Shown here one piece after another: positions 9,739 to 19,222 of a DNA stretch of 64,000 nt. The notes below the pieces were generated by a model. The model was not told the origin of the DNA, ran no database searches, and saw only the letters and a list, made by a program, of their open reading frames with translations. Position numbers and translations under genes: made by a program. The stretch is from a virus. The stretch lies in IMG/VR virus record IMGVR_UViG_3300032286_001864, positions 1 through 64,000 of that record. One strand, given 5' to 3'. The stretch's first letter is position 1. Each line of letters opens with the position of its first letter.

Positions 9739-10284
9739 ATGAGCAGTAGAGCAGGTCGCGTCGCGCGGGCAGAAGCCAGGGCCAGGGCGGCTCAGCAGCT
9801 GGCTCAACGCTCTGAGGAGTCGCCGAAGCCAGCGGAGCCGGACTACAACACGCCGAGTTCGTTCTACGGAGCGAGCCCCGAGTTATCGGGCTCAATCACT
9901 GGTTGGCTGAACAGCAACAAGGGCAACAAGGCCGTTGGTGCGGCCGGTGCCGACCTCTTCTACAACTCCGCGACTGCGGCGCTCAAGGAGGGCAGTGACG
10001 TGAGTTACGCCAAGGCCATGGCACCCCAGGCCCTGGATTACCAGAGGCAGTCGCAGGGGATCGCATCTGAGGCCAGGGACCGCGAGATCGCCTCTCAGGG
10101 CAAGGTCGACTACGACCGGACGAAGCTAACGACAGACACCACAAGAGATACCGCAAGGGAGGGCTATCAGAGCCAGGAGAGGCAGATCGGCCTGACCGGG
10201 GACGAAGCGCGCAAGACACTCCTTGCAGGCCGCGCGGATGCCCGGGGTGCCATGCGGGAACGGGGGCGGACGCTGTTTGCCTGA
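9739..10284 (+). CDS. Hypothetical protein
   Basis: 181 aa, tightly packed. Confidence 0.72.
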   Translation: MSSRAGRVARAEARARAAQQLAQRSEESPKPAEPDYNTPSSFYGASPELSGSITGWLNSNKGNKAVGAAGADLFYNSATAALKEGSDVSYAKAMAPQALDYQRQSQGIASEARDREIASQGKVDYDRTKLTTDTTRDTAREGYQSQERQIGLTGDEARKTLLAGRADARGAMRERGRTLFA

Positions 10285-10807
10285 GCCCTACCCGGCTGTT
10301 GCTGGCTTCCTGTCGTCCCTTGATGGCGTCCAGAGGGAGCGGTTCCTCGCTGCCTGCGAGGCTCGTGACTCCGCGTTGCAGACCTGGGTCTACGCCTGCG
10401 CGATGGGCTATGAGGGCGACTTCCTGGCCCTTGATGGTTGGTTGCAGGCGCGTTACCCCCGGCTGGACCGACGCAAGATGCTGCTTGCGGAGGCGATCAA
10501 GCTCGAGTCCGACATCGCCAAATTACGCGACCCGGACGGCCTTGTCGGCTCCGGTGATGACGGCGCTGCACCGGTCAGGCCGCTGGACGCAACGAAAAAC
10601 ATTGCCTCCCTCTCGAAGGAGATGCGCGGGCACCTTGTCGAGGTCGAGCGGATGACCCGAACCATGGATCGCCGCGGGCTCCTACTGACCGGTGCCGATC
10701 GGCTCCTGCGAATCCAGCAGGACATGTTTGCCGACAACGACGAGATGAAAGCGGCCCTCGAGCAGAGCTTTGAGGCGTTCTGGAGCCAAATGAACGACGA
10801 GCGCTAG
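10277..10807 (+). CDS. Putative terminase small subunit
   Basis: Helical protein directly upstream of terL; TTG start 10277 overlapping previous stop (track start 10223). Function is positional inference. Confidence 0.55.
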   Translation: MPEPYPAVAGFLSSLDGVQRERFLAACEARDSALQTWVYACAMGYEGDFLALDGWLQARYPRLDRRKMLLAEAIKLESDIAKLRDPDGLVGSGDDGAAPVRPLDATKNIASLSKEMRGHLVEVERMTRTMDRRGLLLTGADRLLRIQQDMFADNDEMKAALEQSFEAFWSQMNDER

Positions 10808-10828
10808 CTCAGCGGTTACGCTTGTGCC

Positions 10829-12373
10829 ATGGCAGACCTTGCGCTTGCCAGGGCACACAAACGCTCTGGGCGTCTCACGGCGCGGCGCGTCCCTCAGTCC
10901 AAGGCCGACTTTGAAGTCGTCAGCGAGCGCGTCAAGCTGGCTCGTGACGATTTTGGCGTTTTCTGCACTGCGATGGGCAAGCCGCCGGCGCCGCACATGC
11001 TGGAGTGGCACCGAGAGCTAATTACCGGCAACAGTAATGAGCACCTGCTTGATATTGCAGGGGCTGATGAATGCTTACTAAGTCCGAGAGGTTCAGCCAA
11101 AAGTACAGTCATTGGCCTGCTTTGTGCTTGGTGTATCGGACGTCATACTCTAGCAAAGAAGTTATTACGAATCCTTTACGTTTCATTCATTGTCGACGTC
11201 GCCCGGGGCAAGAGCGCCGCGATCAAGAACACGATCCTCTCCGAGGCCTACCAGGAGATCTTCCCCTGCGTGCGGCTCTCCAAGACTCGCACCAGTGACG
11301 AGCTCTGGTCGATCGACTTCGAGCACGCCGAAATCGACATCCGCGGGGAGGACGCCTTCACGCTGGCCTGCGCGGGCCTTGCCGGTGCGATCACCTCAAA
11401 GCGATCAAACCTGGTCATCCTCGACGACTTGATCAAGTCCAAGAAGTCGATCGAGAACCCGGAGATCCGCCGGGAGATGGAAGCCAACTGGAACAGCGTG
11501 ATCGTTCCGACCATGTTCCAGGGCGCCCGGGCGATCGCCTTGGGCACTCGCTTCCACTTCGACGACGTGTTCGCAACGACCTTCATTGAGCGCAACGGCT
11601 GGAAGGTCATGATCCAGGCGGCGCTGATGTTCGACGACGAGGGCGTGCCCCGCTCGTATTGGCCGGAATGGTGGTCTCTCGAATACTTGCAGGACCTGCA
11701 GGAGAAGGATCGGGTCTCGTTCGCGTACCAGTACATGAACCGTGCGGTGCGCTCGACCGAGCTGGGTATCTCGCCAGATCTGTTCATTCGCGGCCAGATC
11801 CCCGATCAATTCGACTTAATTGGCGTCGGCATGGACCTCTCCTCCGGGATGAAGGAGCGCAACGACTACACCGTTTTCATGCTGGGCGGCTTGGACGGGG
11901 ACACCTTCTACATCATCGACAAGCGGCGGATCAAGACGATGGGAAACATCGAGAAGGTCGAGGCCCTCTGCGAGCTGCTGCACGAATGGAACCTGCTGGG
12001 GCGCGACCCGGATGGCCGCTACCTGCCGACCGGCTCGGACGTGACGATCTGGCCGGAAGCCGTCGCCTACCAGAAATCGTTCGAGGGCGACTTCAAACGG
12101 ATTGCGCATCAGGAGTCGAGCCTGGTCCGCGAGCCGCTTTTCAACCTGCGGGTCCGGCCGGTTACTGGAGTCCGCGGGGACAAGCTGGCTCGCTTCCGCG
12201 GTGTTATGGGCTTGTTCGAGACCGGCAAGGTCGTCTTCAATAGGTACCGAGACTTCCGCGTGGTCTTCGACGAGGTCGTGAACCTGGGCAACTCCCCGCA
12301 CGATGACTGCGCTGACGCCCTGCAGATTTTGCTAGATCAGGGGTCCCGGCGCGGCAAAATCCACATTGAGTGA
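10829..12373 (+). CDS. terL: Terminase large subunit
   Basis: Walker A SPRGSAKST, Walker B LVILDDL, coupling motif LGTRFH, nuclease GVGMDL and HDDCADA. Confidence 0.95.
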   Translation: MADLALARAHKRSGRLTARRVPQSKADFEVVSERVKLARDDFGVFCTAMGKPPAPHMLEWHRELITGNSNEHLLDIAGADECLLSPRGSAKSTVIGLLCAWCIGRHTLAKKLLRILYVSFIVDVARGKSAAIKNTILSEAYQEIFPCVRLSKTRTSDELWSIDFEHAEIDIRGEDAFTLACAGLAGAITSKRSNLVILDDLIKSKKSIENPEIRREMEANWNSVIVPTMFQGARAIALGTRFHFDDVFATTFIERNGWKVMIQAALMFDDEGVPRSYWPEWWSLEYLQDLQEKDRVSFAYQYMNRAVRSTELGISPDLFIRGQIPDQFDLIGVGMDLSSGMKERNDYTVFMLGGLDGDTFYIIDKRRIKTMGNIEKVEALCELLHEWNLLGRDPDGRYLPTGSDVTIWPEAVAYQKSFEGDFKRIAHQESSLVREPLFNLRVRPVTGVRGDKLARFRGVMGLFETGKVVFNRYRDFRVVFDEVVNLGNSPHDDCADALQILLDQGSRRGKIHIE

Positions 12374-12432
12374 GCGGCGAAACCAGCACTGAGCGACGTG
12401 TCTCGCGCCAGTGTCAACCCTAAGATGCACCC

Positions 12433-14634
12433 ATGGCCCAGCAAGACACCGGACGCTTTGAGCAGATCCTCGAGGCGGCTCGCGAACGGAAGAGCGACAA
12501 CGGCGCCGACACGACAATCGTGTCCGGGCATCTTGCACAGATGCGGCTGTTCATGCTCCGGCAGGGCATCGAGTTCTACCCCAGGGCCGACACTTACGGA
12601 TTCCGGCACCCGTTCCTTGAGAAGCTGATCGAAGAGAACGAGATCGATCAGCGGCTGGAGGGCATCACTGATGACTTCATCGCTCGGGGCAAGGGGTTGT
12701 GGTTCTTCCGCCCGGTCGGCAACAACTACCGCATCATGTGGTTTGGCCGTGACGACTATAAGGCGTACTACGACTCCGACCTGCAGCTCGAAGAGCTTGA
12801 CCTGATCTATTCCTTCCAGTCCCGGGCCAACGTGGGGGCTCCGGCTCTGCAGCAGCCCGGAGGGGCCAAGAAACAGTACGTCCGGTTGTCGGTCAAGCGG
12901 GATCAGATCGTCGAGAGCATCTCGGACGAGAGGCCGACATTCGATACGCCGCTCCCGGTCGACACTCTCACCGGCCGGCGCCGGACGACCAATAACTCGT
13001 TGGGGTTCGTCCCTGCTATCGAGGCCTTCAATTGGATGCGCTCGACCGGCATGGACGCCACGGGCGACTTCGCTGGACTTGAATCGCACATCCTCAAGCA
13101 CGACCGGCTGGTCCGGAACATCGGGGACAACATCAACTTCTTCGGGAGCCCGACTCTCGTCTCGAGCCGACCTAAGAGCGACCTGGTCGAGGCCGGTGAC
13201 GGCGCTTCCGCTCAGCGACCGACGATCAGCAGCCGTGCGGGCTTCTCCTCAGAGGATCGCTCAAGCACTCGCTTCTCCTTGACCGGTGCGCCGACACTGG
13301 ACGGAAGCGTCAGGGTGCCAAGGCTGATTGCCAATCTTGAGTCAACGGACCGGGTCCAGTACATCTCGCCGAATGCCGTCACCGGTGACCAGAACCTCTA
13401 CGCCCGCCAGTACCGGGAGGAAGTGCGCACGGCTCTCGGGGGCGTCGATGAACTGGGCATCAGCTCCGGCGCTACGGCCTACGAGATCAAGAGCCTCTTC
13501 GGGCGGGCGGCGACTACGGCCCTTCGTAAGTGCCGGGGGCTGCTGACCTACGGGCTCTGCAAGCTGCTGAGCCTGGTGATCTACAACGAGGAGCGGATCT
13601 TCCGCGAGAGCTTCTCGATGGCGGTGAACGTCTTGCCGCCGGATGCTCCGATGAAGGAAGACTTCGAGGGCGACGACGAGGCCTTCTCCGCCGCTGAAGA
13701 GAAGTACCGGGCCGGTTATGCCAAGTATCTGGACAAGCTGGATGCCGCGATCGGGAAGGCGATCGAGAAGCAGGAGTTTCCGCCGGGAGTGGTCGGGCTG
13801 ATCCCGGACGGGGATCGCCGGATCGAATGGCGCTGGAGAGGGCCGGTGTTCGAGGAGTCGACCGAGGACATCCTGAACAACTCGATCGTCGTCCGGAACC
13901 TACAGGAACTCGGGGTCAACTCAATCGAAGCCCTGCGCTACCTGTTCCCGAGCAAAACCGACGAGGAAAGGAGCGCTATGCTCAATGGGTACCCATTCAG
14001 GCTGGCTCAGGCGACGCAGCAAAGCATTGCGACGTTCCTGAACCTCATAGGATCGATGCGGCAAATACCGCATCCTCAAGCGCCCAATCTGCCACTCATC
14101 GCAGACGCCAGGCTCGACCTGACACCCTTCCTCTACCGAACCTTTGATTTCCTCAAGCGGGAGCTGACTTATGCAGGACAGTTTGGTGATGCCCCAGGCT
14201 CAGGCGACCCCGCAGAGCTCGATCCCATCCAACGTGCCCGCGTCAATGCAGGCCGCCCCGTCGATGCAACAGGCGCCGATCGGGCAGCCTTCGTACCCGA
14301 CGCAGCCCAGCTATCAGCAGCCCGCACCGCCGGCCCAGGATCCATGGCAGGCGGCGTACAGCAACCTGGCAGGTCGTTTGAGCGCGACGCCCCAATACCA
14401 GCCCCAGGAGCCCTCATGGGCACCGACCCTATCGGGAAGCGCCTACCAGGCTCCCTACCCTTCGGCCGTTCCCAGCTACCCCCCGGCATACAGTTCGGCG
14501 ACGCCGACCTACGCGCCCCAAGCAATGCCGGCGTATTCGCCGAGCTTGCAGAACGCGTGGCCAAGCGCCCCGAGCGCACCAGTCGCCCAGCACGCTCAGG
14601 GCGTCGACGGGTACCTCGACAACGTCAGCAATGA
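12433..14634 (+). CDS. Portal protein
   Basis: 733 aa immediately after terL, helical character; TAAGAT box 6 nt before ATG; C-terminal ~154 codons overlap the next gene. Confidence 0.8.
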   Translation: MAQQDTGRFEQILEAARERKSDNGADTTIVSGHLAQMRLFMLRQGIEFYPRADTYGFRHPFLEKLIEENEIDQRLEGITDDFIARGKGLWFFRPVGNNYRIMWFGRDDYKAYYDSDLQLEELDLIYSFQSRANVGAPALQQPGGAKKQYVRLSVKRDQIVESISDERPTFDTPLPVDTLTGRRRTTNNSLGFVPAIEAFNWMRSTGMDATGDFAGLESHILKHDRLVRNIGDNINFFGSPTLVSSRPKSDLVEAGDGASAQRPTISSRAGFSSEDRSSTRFSLTGAPTLDGSVRVPRLIANLESTDRVQYISPNAVTGDQNLYARQYREEVRTALGGVDELGISSGATAYEIKSLFGRAATTALRKCRGLLTYGLCKLLSLVIYNEERIFRESFSMAVNVLPPDAPMKEDFEGDDEAFSAAEEKYRAGYAKYLDKLDAAIGKAIEKQEFPPGVVGLIPDGDRRIEWRWRGPVFEESTEDILNNSIVVRNLQELGVNSIEALRYLFPSKTDEERSAMLNGYPFRLAQATQQSIATFLNLIGSMRQIPHPQAPNLPLIADARLDLTPFLYRTFDFLKRELTYAGQFGDAPGSGDPAELDPIQRARVNAGRPVDATGADRAAFVPDAAQLSAARTAGPGSMAGGVQQPGRSFERDAPIPAPGALMGTDPIGKRLPGSLPFGRSQLPPGIQFGDADLRAPSNAGVFAELAERVAKRPERTSRPARSGRRRVPRQRQQ

Positions 14635-15133
14635 GTCGCTGGAGGTCCTCCAGCACTTCGGCGGCGAAGCTCCGGCACTGCTGAACAAGTACGCCTGCGC
14701 CGTTGAGGATGCTTTGCTGGTGCAAGCGCAACAAAGTGCCGAGTCTCTGCAGCAATTGCAGCAGCTGCACGGCAACCTGCAGCAGCTGGAGCTTGCGTTG
14801 AACGCAACCCTGGAGGATAACCAGGCCTACAACCTGTTGACCACGAACCCCGACCTGCTTGCCGACTACGTCAACGAGTTCTTCGGGCCCAATGGTCCCG
14901 CTCCGGTGGAGCTGCCCCAGGATCGCCTCGAGGCCGAGGTCGCCGCTCGCAATCCCGGCTATCAGCGCCCGCAGATGGATATGCCAGCCCCTGGCTACCA
15001 GCCCGCTCAGAACTCCGAGTTCTGGGGCACCTTCTCGCAGGTCGCCGAAAAGCAGCCCGATCAGCTCTGGCGCCTTCTTTCGCAGGCCCCCGCTGAAGCC
15101 CTGCGCGGCAAGCTGCTGATCTCTGATTCCTGA
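14171..15133 (+). CDS. Putative capsid scaffolding protein
   Basis: GGAG before ATG 14171; P/Q/S/Y-rich disordered N-terminus followed by coiled coil (QQLQQLHGNLQQLELAL); position after portal. Confidence 0.7.
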   Translation: MQDSLVMPQAQATPQSSIPSNVPASMQAAPSMQQAPIGQPSYPTQPSYQQPAPPAQDPWQAAYSNLAGRLSATPQYQPQEPSWAPTLSGSAYQAPYPSAVPSYPPAYSSATPTYAPQAMPAYSPSLQNAWPSAPSAPVAQHAQGVDGYLDNVSNESLEVLQHFGGEAPALLNKYACAVEDALLVQAQQSAESLQQLQQLHGNLQQLELALNATLEDNQAYNLLTTNPDLLADYVNEFFGPNGPAPVELPQDRLEAEVAARNPGYQRPQMDMPAPGYQPAQNSEFWGTFSQVAEKQPDQLWRLLSQAPAEALRGKLLISDS

Positions 15134-15148
15134 TCACGGAGCAACTCC

Positions 15149-15514
15149 ATGAATCTGTTCACAGGCGGCAACCCAACGCTGCTGGGCAACTCCGCTGCTG
15201 GCGGATCATTCCATCAGTCCCGGATCAGGCCGGCACAAGTTCAGTCCGCTGCTGGCTCCCTGGCAATGACGGCTGGGCCCGTGAATGCTGCGGCCCAGGG
15301 TGATGCGCTCCGCAGCGCCGCCATGGAGGTCAACACCGAGCGGAGCCGGATGATGCAGGCCGGGCAAAACCAGCAGGCGGAAATGGCCGCAGCTCAGTCC
15401 CTGCTCAACGAGCACAAGACGCGAGCAATCCTGGGTGAATGCCATCGCTGTGGCATCGATCCCTCAGGCCTGGCCCTCCCGAAGCTTGCCCAAATGATGA
15501 TGGGCGCGGCCTGA
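15149..15514 (+). CDS. Hypothetical protein
   Basis: GGAG RBS, 121 aa, Ala/Gln-rich. Confidence 0.72.
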   Translation: MNLFTGGNPTLLGNSAAGGSFHQSRIRPAQVQSAAGSLAMTAGPVNAAAQGDALRSAAMEVNTERSRMMQAGQNQQAEMAAAQSLLNEHKTRAILGECHRCGIDPSGLALPKLAQMMMGAA

Positions 15515-15524
15515 GAGCTGAGTC

Positions 15525-15845
15525 ATGGCTGATCGTGCCGCAGCCAAAGCGAGGGCCAGTGGTCACATCGAGGTTGCCGGCGAGCGCTTCGAGGGGCTGA
15601 ATCAGCCGAAGCGGACCCCGGGCGCCAACAAGAAATTCGCGGTAGCCGTCAGGAATCCCAGGACCGGTGATCCGCAGATTGTCCGATTCGGCGATCCCTC
15701 GATGGAGAACTACCGCAATGGTCCCAATGGCCGCGGGGGGCATGGCGACGAGGGCCGGCGTGACAACTTCAAGTCCCGGCACAACTGCAGCGAGAAGACC
15801 GACAAGACAACGCCCGGGTACTGGAGCTGTCACTGGTCCTGGTGA
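15525..15845 (+). CDS. Small basic phage protein (IVRFGDP...RHNC...GYWS family), paralog of 53734-54018
   Basis: Very similar to the second copy; motif recalled from cyanophage small proteins. Confidence 0.8.
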   Translation: MADRAAAKARASGHIEVAGERFEGLNQPKRTPGANKKFAVAVRNPRTGDPQIVRFGDPSMENYRNGPNGRGGHGDEGRRDNFKSRHNCSEKTDKTTPGYWSCHWSW

Positions 15846-15884
15846 TCGCCCTGGCTAGCATCGAGGGAACTCAGGGTGTAGATC

Positions 15885-16148
15885 ATGCGGATGGCCGCAG
15901 CAGCGCCGATTGCCGGCCGGTTGTCTCAGCTTCTCCTAGATAGCGACGGCGTCTTGGCGGGCAACCCCAGCTTTGATCTGAGCTACCCCAAGATCCCCGG
16001 CAGGAACGTCGAAGGGGTTCCGAATGCCAACGAGCCGGAGATGCGCAAAAAACTGATGGAGCGATTTCTTCGGAACCCTAGCGGCGGCGAATATCTTCCC
16101 GGCTTCCTGAAGAAAGCAGAAGCGGAGTCTCCTTACCAGCTGCTTTGA
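15885..16148 (+). CDS. Small hypothetical protein (MRMAA start)
   Basis: TAGCAT box 15856-15861. Confidence 0.65.
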   Translation: MRMAAAAPIAGRLSQLLLDSDGVLAGNPSFDLSYPKIPGRNVEGVPNANEPEMRKKLMERFLRNPSGGEYLPGFLKKAEAESPYQLL

Positions 16149-16185
16149 TTGCCTCATCTAGCATGGTGTTACTCCGTGTAAGACC

Positions 16186-16470
16186 ATGCGACTAGCAGGA
16201 AGCCCCGAGGTGTACCAGGCGCTGGTGAAGCACCTCACCAGTGACGAGATGCCACGGCCCGCGGCGGGGCACATGGCAGCCGAGGTGCTGACCCATGGCG
16301 AGGGCGTTGACACCAGTATTGAGCGCTTCAGGCAGGCCTACGAATCGTTCAAGCAGCAGGGGTTCAGCGACGAAGCCGCTCAACATCTCGCCGTTGAGTC
16401 GCTCGAAGAGGGAGAAAGCTACTCCGGAAGAGAGGCGGGAGAGGAGCAGTACCAATCACTGCGGGGCTGA
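16186..16470 (+). CDS. Small hypothetical protein (MRLAG start)
   Basis: TAGCAT box 16159-16164; internal repeat AAGHMAAE/AAQHLAVE. Confidence 0.72.
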   Translation: MRLAGSPEVYQALVKHLTSDEMPRPAAGHMAAEVLTHGEGVDTSIERFRQAYESFKQQGFSDEAAQHLAVESLEEGESYSGREAGEEQYQSLRG

Positions 16471-16474
16471 CGCG

Positions 16475-17245
16475 ATGACAACGGTTCCCATTTCCAGCTA
16501 CATCAGCTCCTTCGATCCGGGGAGGGCTCATCATCGCGCCTGGCTGCAGGCGGTCCTCGAGGAGCTGGTGCGCCTGGATCCGGATGCTCTGGATCGGGAG
16601 GGCAGCCTGCACTCGATCTGGAGCGCAGCGGTGCCGGCTAAGCCGTCTACCCCGGCTGGCGTTCCTGCGCCCCTCAGGATCCCGAGCAAGCCCCTGGCGG
16701 TGCCGTATTACAGCCAGAGGGACTCAGCGACGTCCCAAGCGCAGCGGATGTGCTTCTCCAGTTCCTGCGCCATGCTGCTGAGCTACCTGCGCCCGGACGC
16801 CTTGAAGGGTCCGAATGGGGACGATCAGTACCTGCGCACGGTTCAAAGCTTTGGAGACACGACTGATGCGCAGGCTCAGCTGAAGGCCCTGGCCAAGTTC
16901 GGTGTCAAGGCGCGCTACGTGCAGGACGCTGACTTCCGGTTGATCCAGAGTCAGATCGATCGAGACGTCCCGGTACCTTGCGGCTACCTGCACCGCGGGC
17001 CGATTGAGCGGCCCTCGGGCGGAGGGCACTGGCTGATCGTGATCGGATACAACACCAAGGGCATCATCGTGAACGACCCGTTCGGGGAGCCCGACCTGCT
17101 GAGGGGCACGACTTTGAACTCTTCCGGGAAGGGGCTGAGCTTGACGAGGGAGAACTTCGGCCGGCGTTGGATGGTTGAAGCGGTAGGCGGCGGAGGGTAT
17201 CGCTACGCCCCGGGGAAGGGCTGGGCGATCGTTGCTGAGCCCTGA
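16475..17245 (+). CDS. C39-like cysteine peptidase (cyanophage type)
   Basis: YYSQRD...MCFSSSCAM (Cys), GGHWLIVIGY (His), VNDPFG (Asp). Confidence 0.85.
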   Translation: MTTVPISSYISSFDPGRAHHRAWLQAVLEELVRLDPDALDREGSLHSIWSAAVPAKPSTPAGVPAPLRIPSKPLAVPYYSQRDSATSQAQRMCFSSSCAMLLSYLRPDALKGPNGDDQYLRTVQSFGDTTDAQAQLKALAKFGVKARYVQDADFRLIQSQIDRDVPVPCGYLHRGPIERPSGGGHWLIVIGYNTKGIIVNDPFGEPDLLRGTTLNSSGKGLSLTRENFGRRWMVEAVGGGGYRYAPGKGWAIVAEP

Positions 17246-17260
17246 GCGATTGCGCTCCGC

Positions 17261-17680
17261 TCAGACCTCCTTGAGGACGAGTCCTGCAACCGAGAAGCGA
17301 ACGGCATCGCCGACAGCGATCGCCAGGGGGCTGGTGAGGGTGCCGTACTCAAGGAAGTTGCCAGCTGTTGCGGCGTCCCAGCACCCGAAGTAGGTAATGG
17401 TTGCGGCGCCCACTGCTGAAGAAGAGAGGGTGACCACGGCGGTGTTGCTGCTCTCGAAGGACGTGGTACTCCCGGCCACTACCGACGTTGGGGCGCTCCA
17501 GTTTGCGGAGGCGATCGACCCCCTGCCCCCGACAGTCGCGACCGTGACATCACCTTGCGTACCGTTGGGGCCCGGTAGCGAGCTGTGCAGGCTGATGTAG
17601 ATCGTCGCAGGTGCCGCCGGCATGGCTGTACCGCGGTGCCAGTTCAGCAGGTTGTAGGCCAGGTACTGAGAGAAGGGCAT
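17261..17680 (-). CDS. Virion structural/tail-associated protein
   Basis: IYISLH...ITYFGCWDAATAGNFL motif typical of phage structural proteins; paralog of the N-terminus of 26148-28409. Confidence 0.8.
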   Translation of the reverse strand: MPFSQYLAYNLLNWHRGTAMPAAPATIYISLHSSLPGPNGTQGDVTVATVGGRGSIASANWSAPTSVVAGSTTSFESSNTAVVTLSSSAVGAATITYFGCWDAATAGNFLEYGTLTSPLAIAVGDAVRFSVAGLVLKEV

Positions 17681-17715
17681 GCCAGGGCTGTCAATACGCT
17701 CATTCTGACAGGCGG

Positions 17716-18525
17716 TTAGGGGCCGTAAGGCGAGGTCCGAGTGATCGTGCCGCTCGGGGTGGCCTGCATGGTGGCGGCGCCACTCAGCTCGCCCTGCTGG
17801 AAAAGCCGCCCGTCGGGGATGGCGCGCATTTCCGCCTTCCCTTCAAGCTTGGCGAGACCGATCCTTGCGTACGATTCGTCCAGCAGCTCGCAAACCCCAA
17901 ACAGATCTCCCGGGGGACTGATAGAGATCTGGAATCTGTACGGCAGCTGCGGCCACTGCGAGTTGGAGATCACGATGCGGTACAGCCCCGCAGGCATGAT
18001 TGCCGCAAACGGCGAAGTGAACTCCGCAGATGGGTCACTGACTCCTGTCCCTCCTGACTCCGTGACGACAGCAGAGCTTTTGGCGCAGTCGTCCTCGCAG
18101 TAGCCCGTGACCCAGTAGTCACAGGCGACGTAGCCCAGGTCAAGCGATAGCAGCACGGCCGACTCCAGGTCCCGAGGCGTCAGGACGGAGGAGTTACCGA
18201 AACCATCGATCCCGATCGGAACGGGCCCGGCTTCGTTGTTCAGGGTGATTGAAATATATTGGTCGGTGTAGCGATTAAGCAGGACCCGACGCAAACCGAT
18301 CCTCGATGGCTGGAGCGCCCGGAAGAAAAAGAAAAGAGTCTGAGAGCCGCTTTCTGCCCCGACGACACCCTCGAGATCGAACCCGGCGCTGTAGATCTGA
18401 CCGAGGTCCCTCGGCTCGTGGACTGAGGTATATCGAACGTAACGCGGCCGATTGAAGCTGGGCGAAGCGATGTCACTGCCGCCGTAAGACTGCGTTACGG
18501 CGAGCTGGAATACGGAATCATCCAC
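17716..18525 (-). CDS. Beta-rich hypothetical structural protein
   Basis: GAGGAGG RBS before GTG; GYVACDYWVTGYCE motif; C-terminal motif shared with 26148-28409. Confidence 0.72.
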   Translation of the reverse strand: MDDSVFQLAVTQSYGGSDIASPSFNRPRYVRYTSVHEPRDLGQIYSAGFDLEGVVGAESGSQTLFFFFRALQPSRIGLRRVLLNRYTDQYISITLNNEAGPVPIGIDGFGNSSVLTPRDLESAVLLSLDLGYVACDYWVTGYCEDDCAKSSAVVTESGGTGVSDPSAEFTSPFAAIMPAGLYRIVISNSQWPQLPYRFQISISPPGDLFGVCELLDESYARIGLAKLEGKAEMRAIPDGRLFQQGELSGAATMQATPSGTITRTSPYGP

Positions 18526-18628
18526 TGGACCTCCTCAGCGTGTTGACATGCCCCCGCCGGCCGCGGAAGGGAGCCGGGATACTGTTTTCCGGCGCGACCC
18601 TTGGATCCTAGGAAGCCGCCGGATGGGC

Positions 18629-19222
18629 TCATTTGTCTGTGGACTGGATCAAGGCACGGCCATGTGAGCTGCCAAGACGCAGCGTATGTCGCATGGAGCG
18701 ATGGACCAGGGGCCTCAAGCAGGACGCAAGGTCGTGCATCTGTTGCGGGCCAAAGCGGATGATGGGCCTCGTGCCAGGCAAGAGGGACGAGGCGACACCC
18801 AGTTGCTGGATCGCATGATTGACGAGTGCGGCTTCGTCTGATGAGTCAAGCCAAATCTCGCCGCTGCGGCAGATCCAGCGGCCACGATCAAGCCAAAGGC
18901 ACGCAATGCCCTGGGCTCCGGCGACCTGGAGGGCCTCTTCATTGATGCCGCCTTCGAGGATCTCGACGGCTCTTTCCAGGTACGGTGATTGGATCCGTAC
19001 GCGGCGGAGGTCGTAGTACCCCCTGCCGGAGATGTCGTCTTCCTCGACACGGATTGGTTGACGAATCGAGCGCCTCAGCGCGCGGACTTGGTGCTCAAGG
19101 TATGTGGCCTCGGTTTCCAGGCGGCGCATTTCCAACCATGGTCGCTGGCGAACCCCTTTGCGGCACAGTTGTCCGATCCCGAGCGAGTAGGCGACGGCCA
19201 GGCTGACGAAGCTTGCCGTCAT
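18629..19222 (-). CDS. Degenerate LAGLIDADG_2-type endonuclease-fold protein
   Basis: YSLGIGQL...TYLEHQ...GIACLWLDRG align to the two LAGLIDADG_2 helices, but the expected acidic residues are altered. Confidence 0.65.
   Translation of the reverse strand: MTASFVSLAVAYSLGIGQLCRKGVRQRPWLEMRRLETEATYLEHQVRALRRSIRQPIRVEEDDISGRGYYDLRRVRIQSPYLERAVEILEGGINEEALQVAGAQGIACLWLDRGRWICRSGEIWLDSSDEAALVNHAIQQLGVASSLLPGTRPIIRFGPQQMHDLASCLRPLVHRSMRHTLRLGSSHGRALIQSTDK

Noticed and set aside
18541-18628. SRP-RNA-like GGAAGG motif in the intergenic gap
   Set aside because: The surrounding helix and conserved internal loop could not be built.
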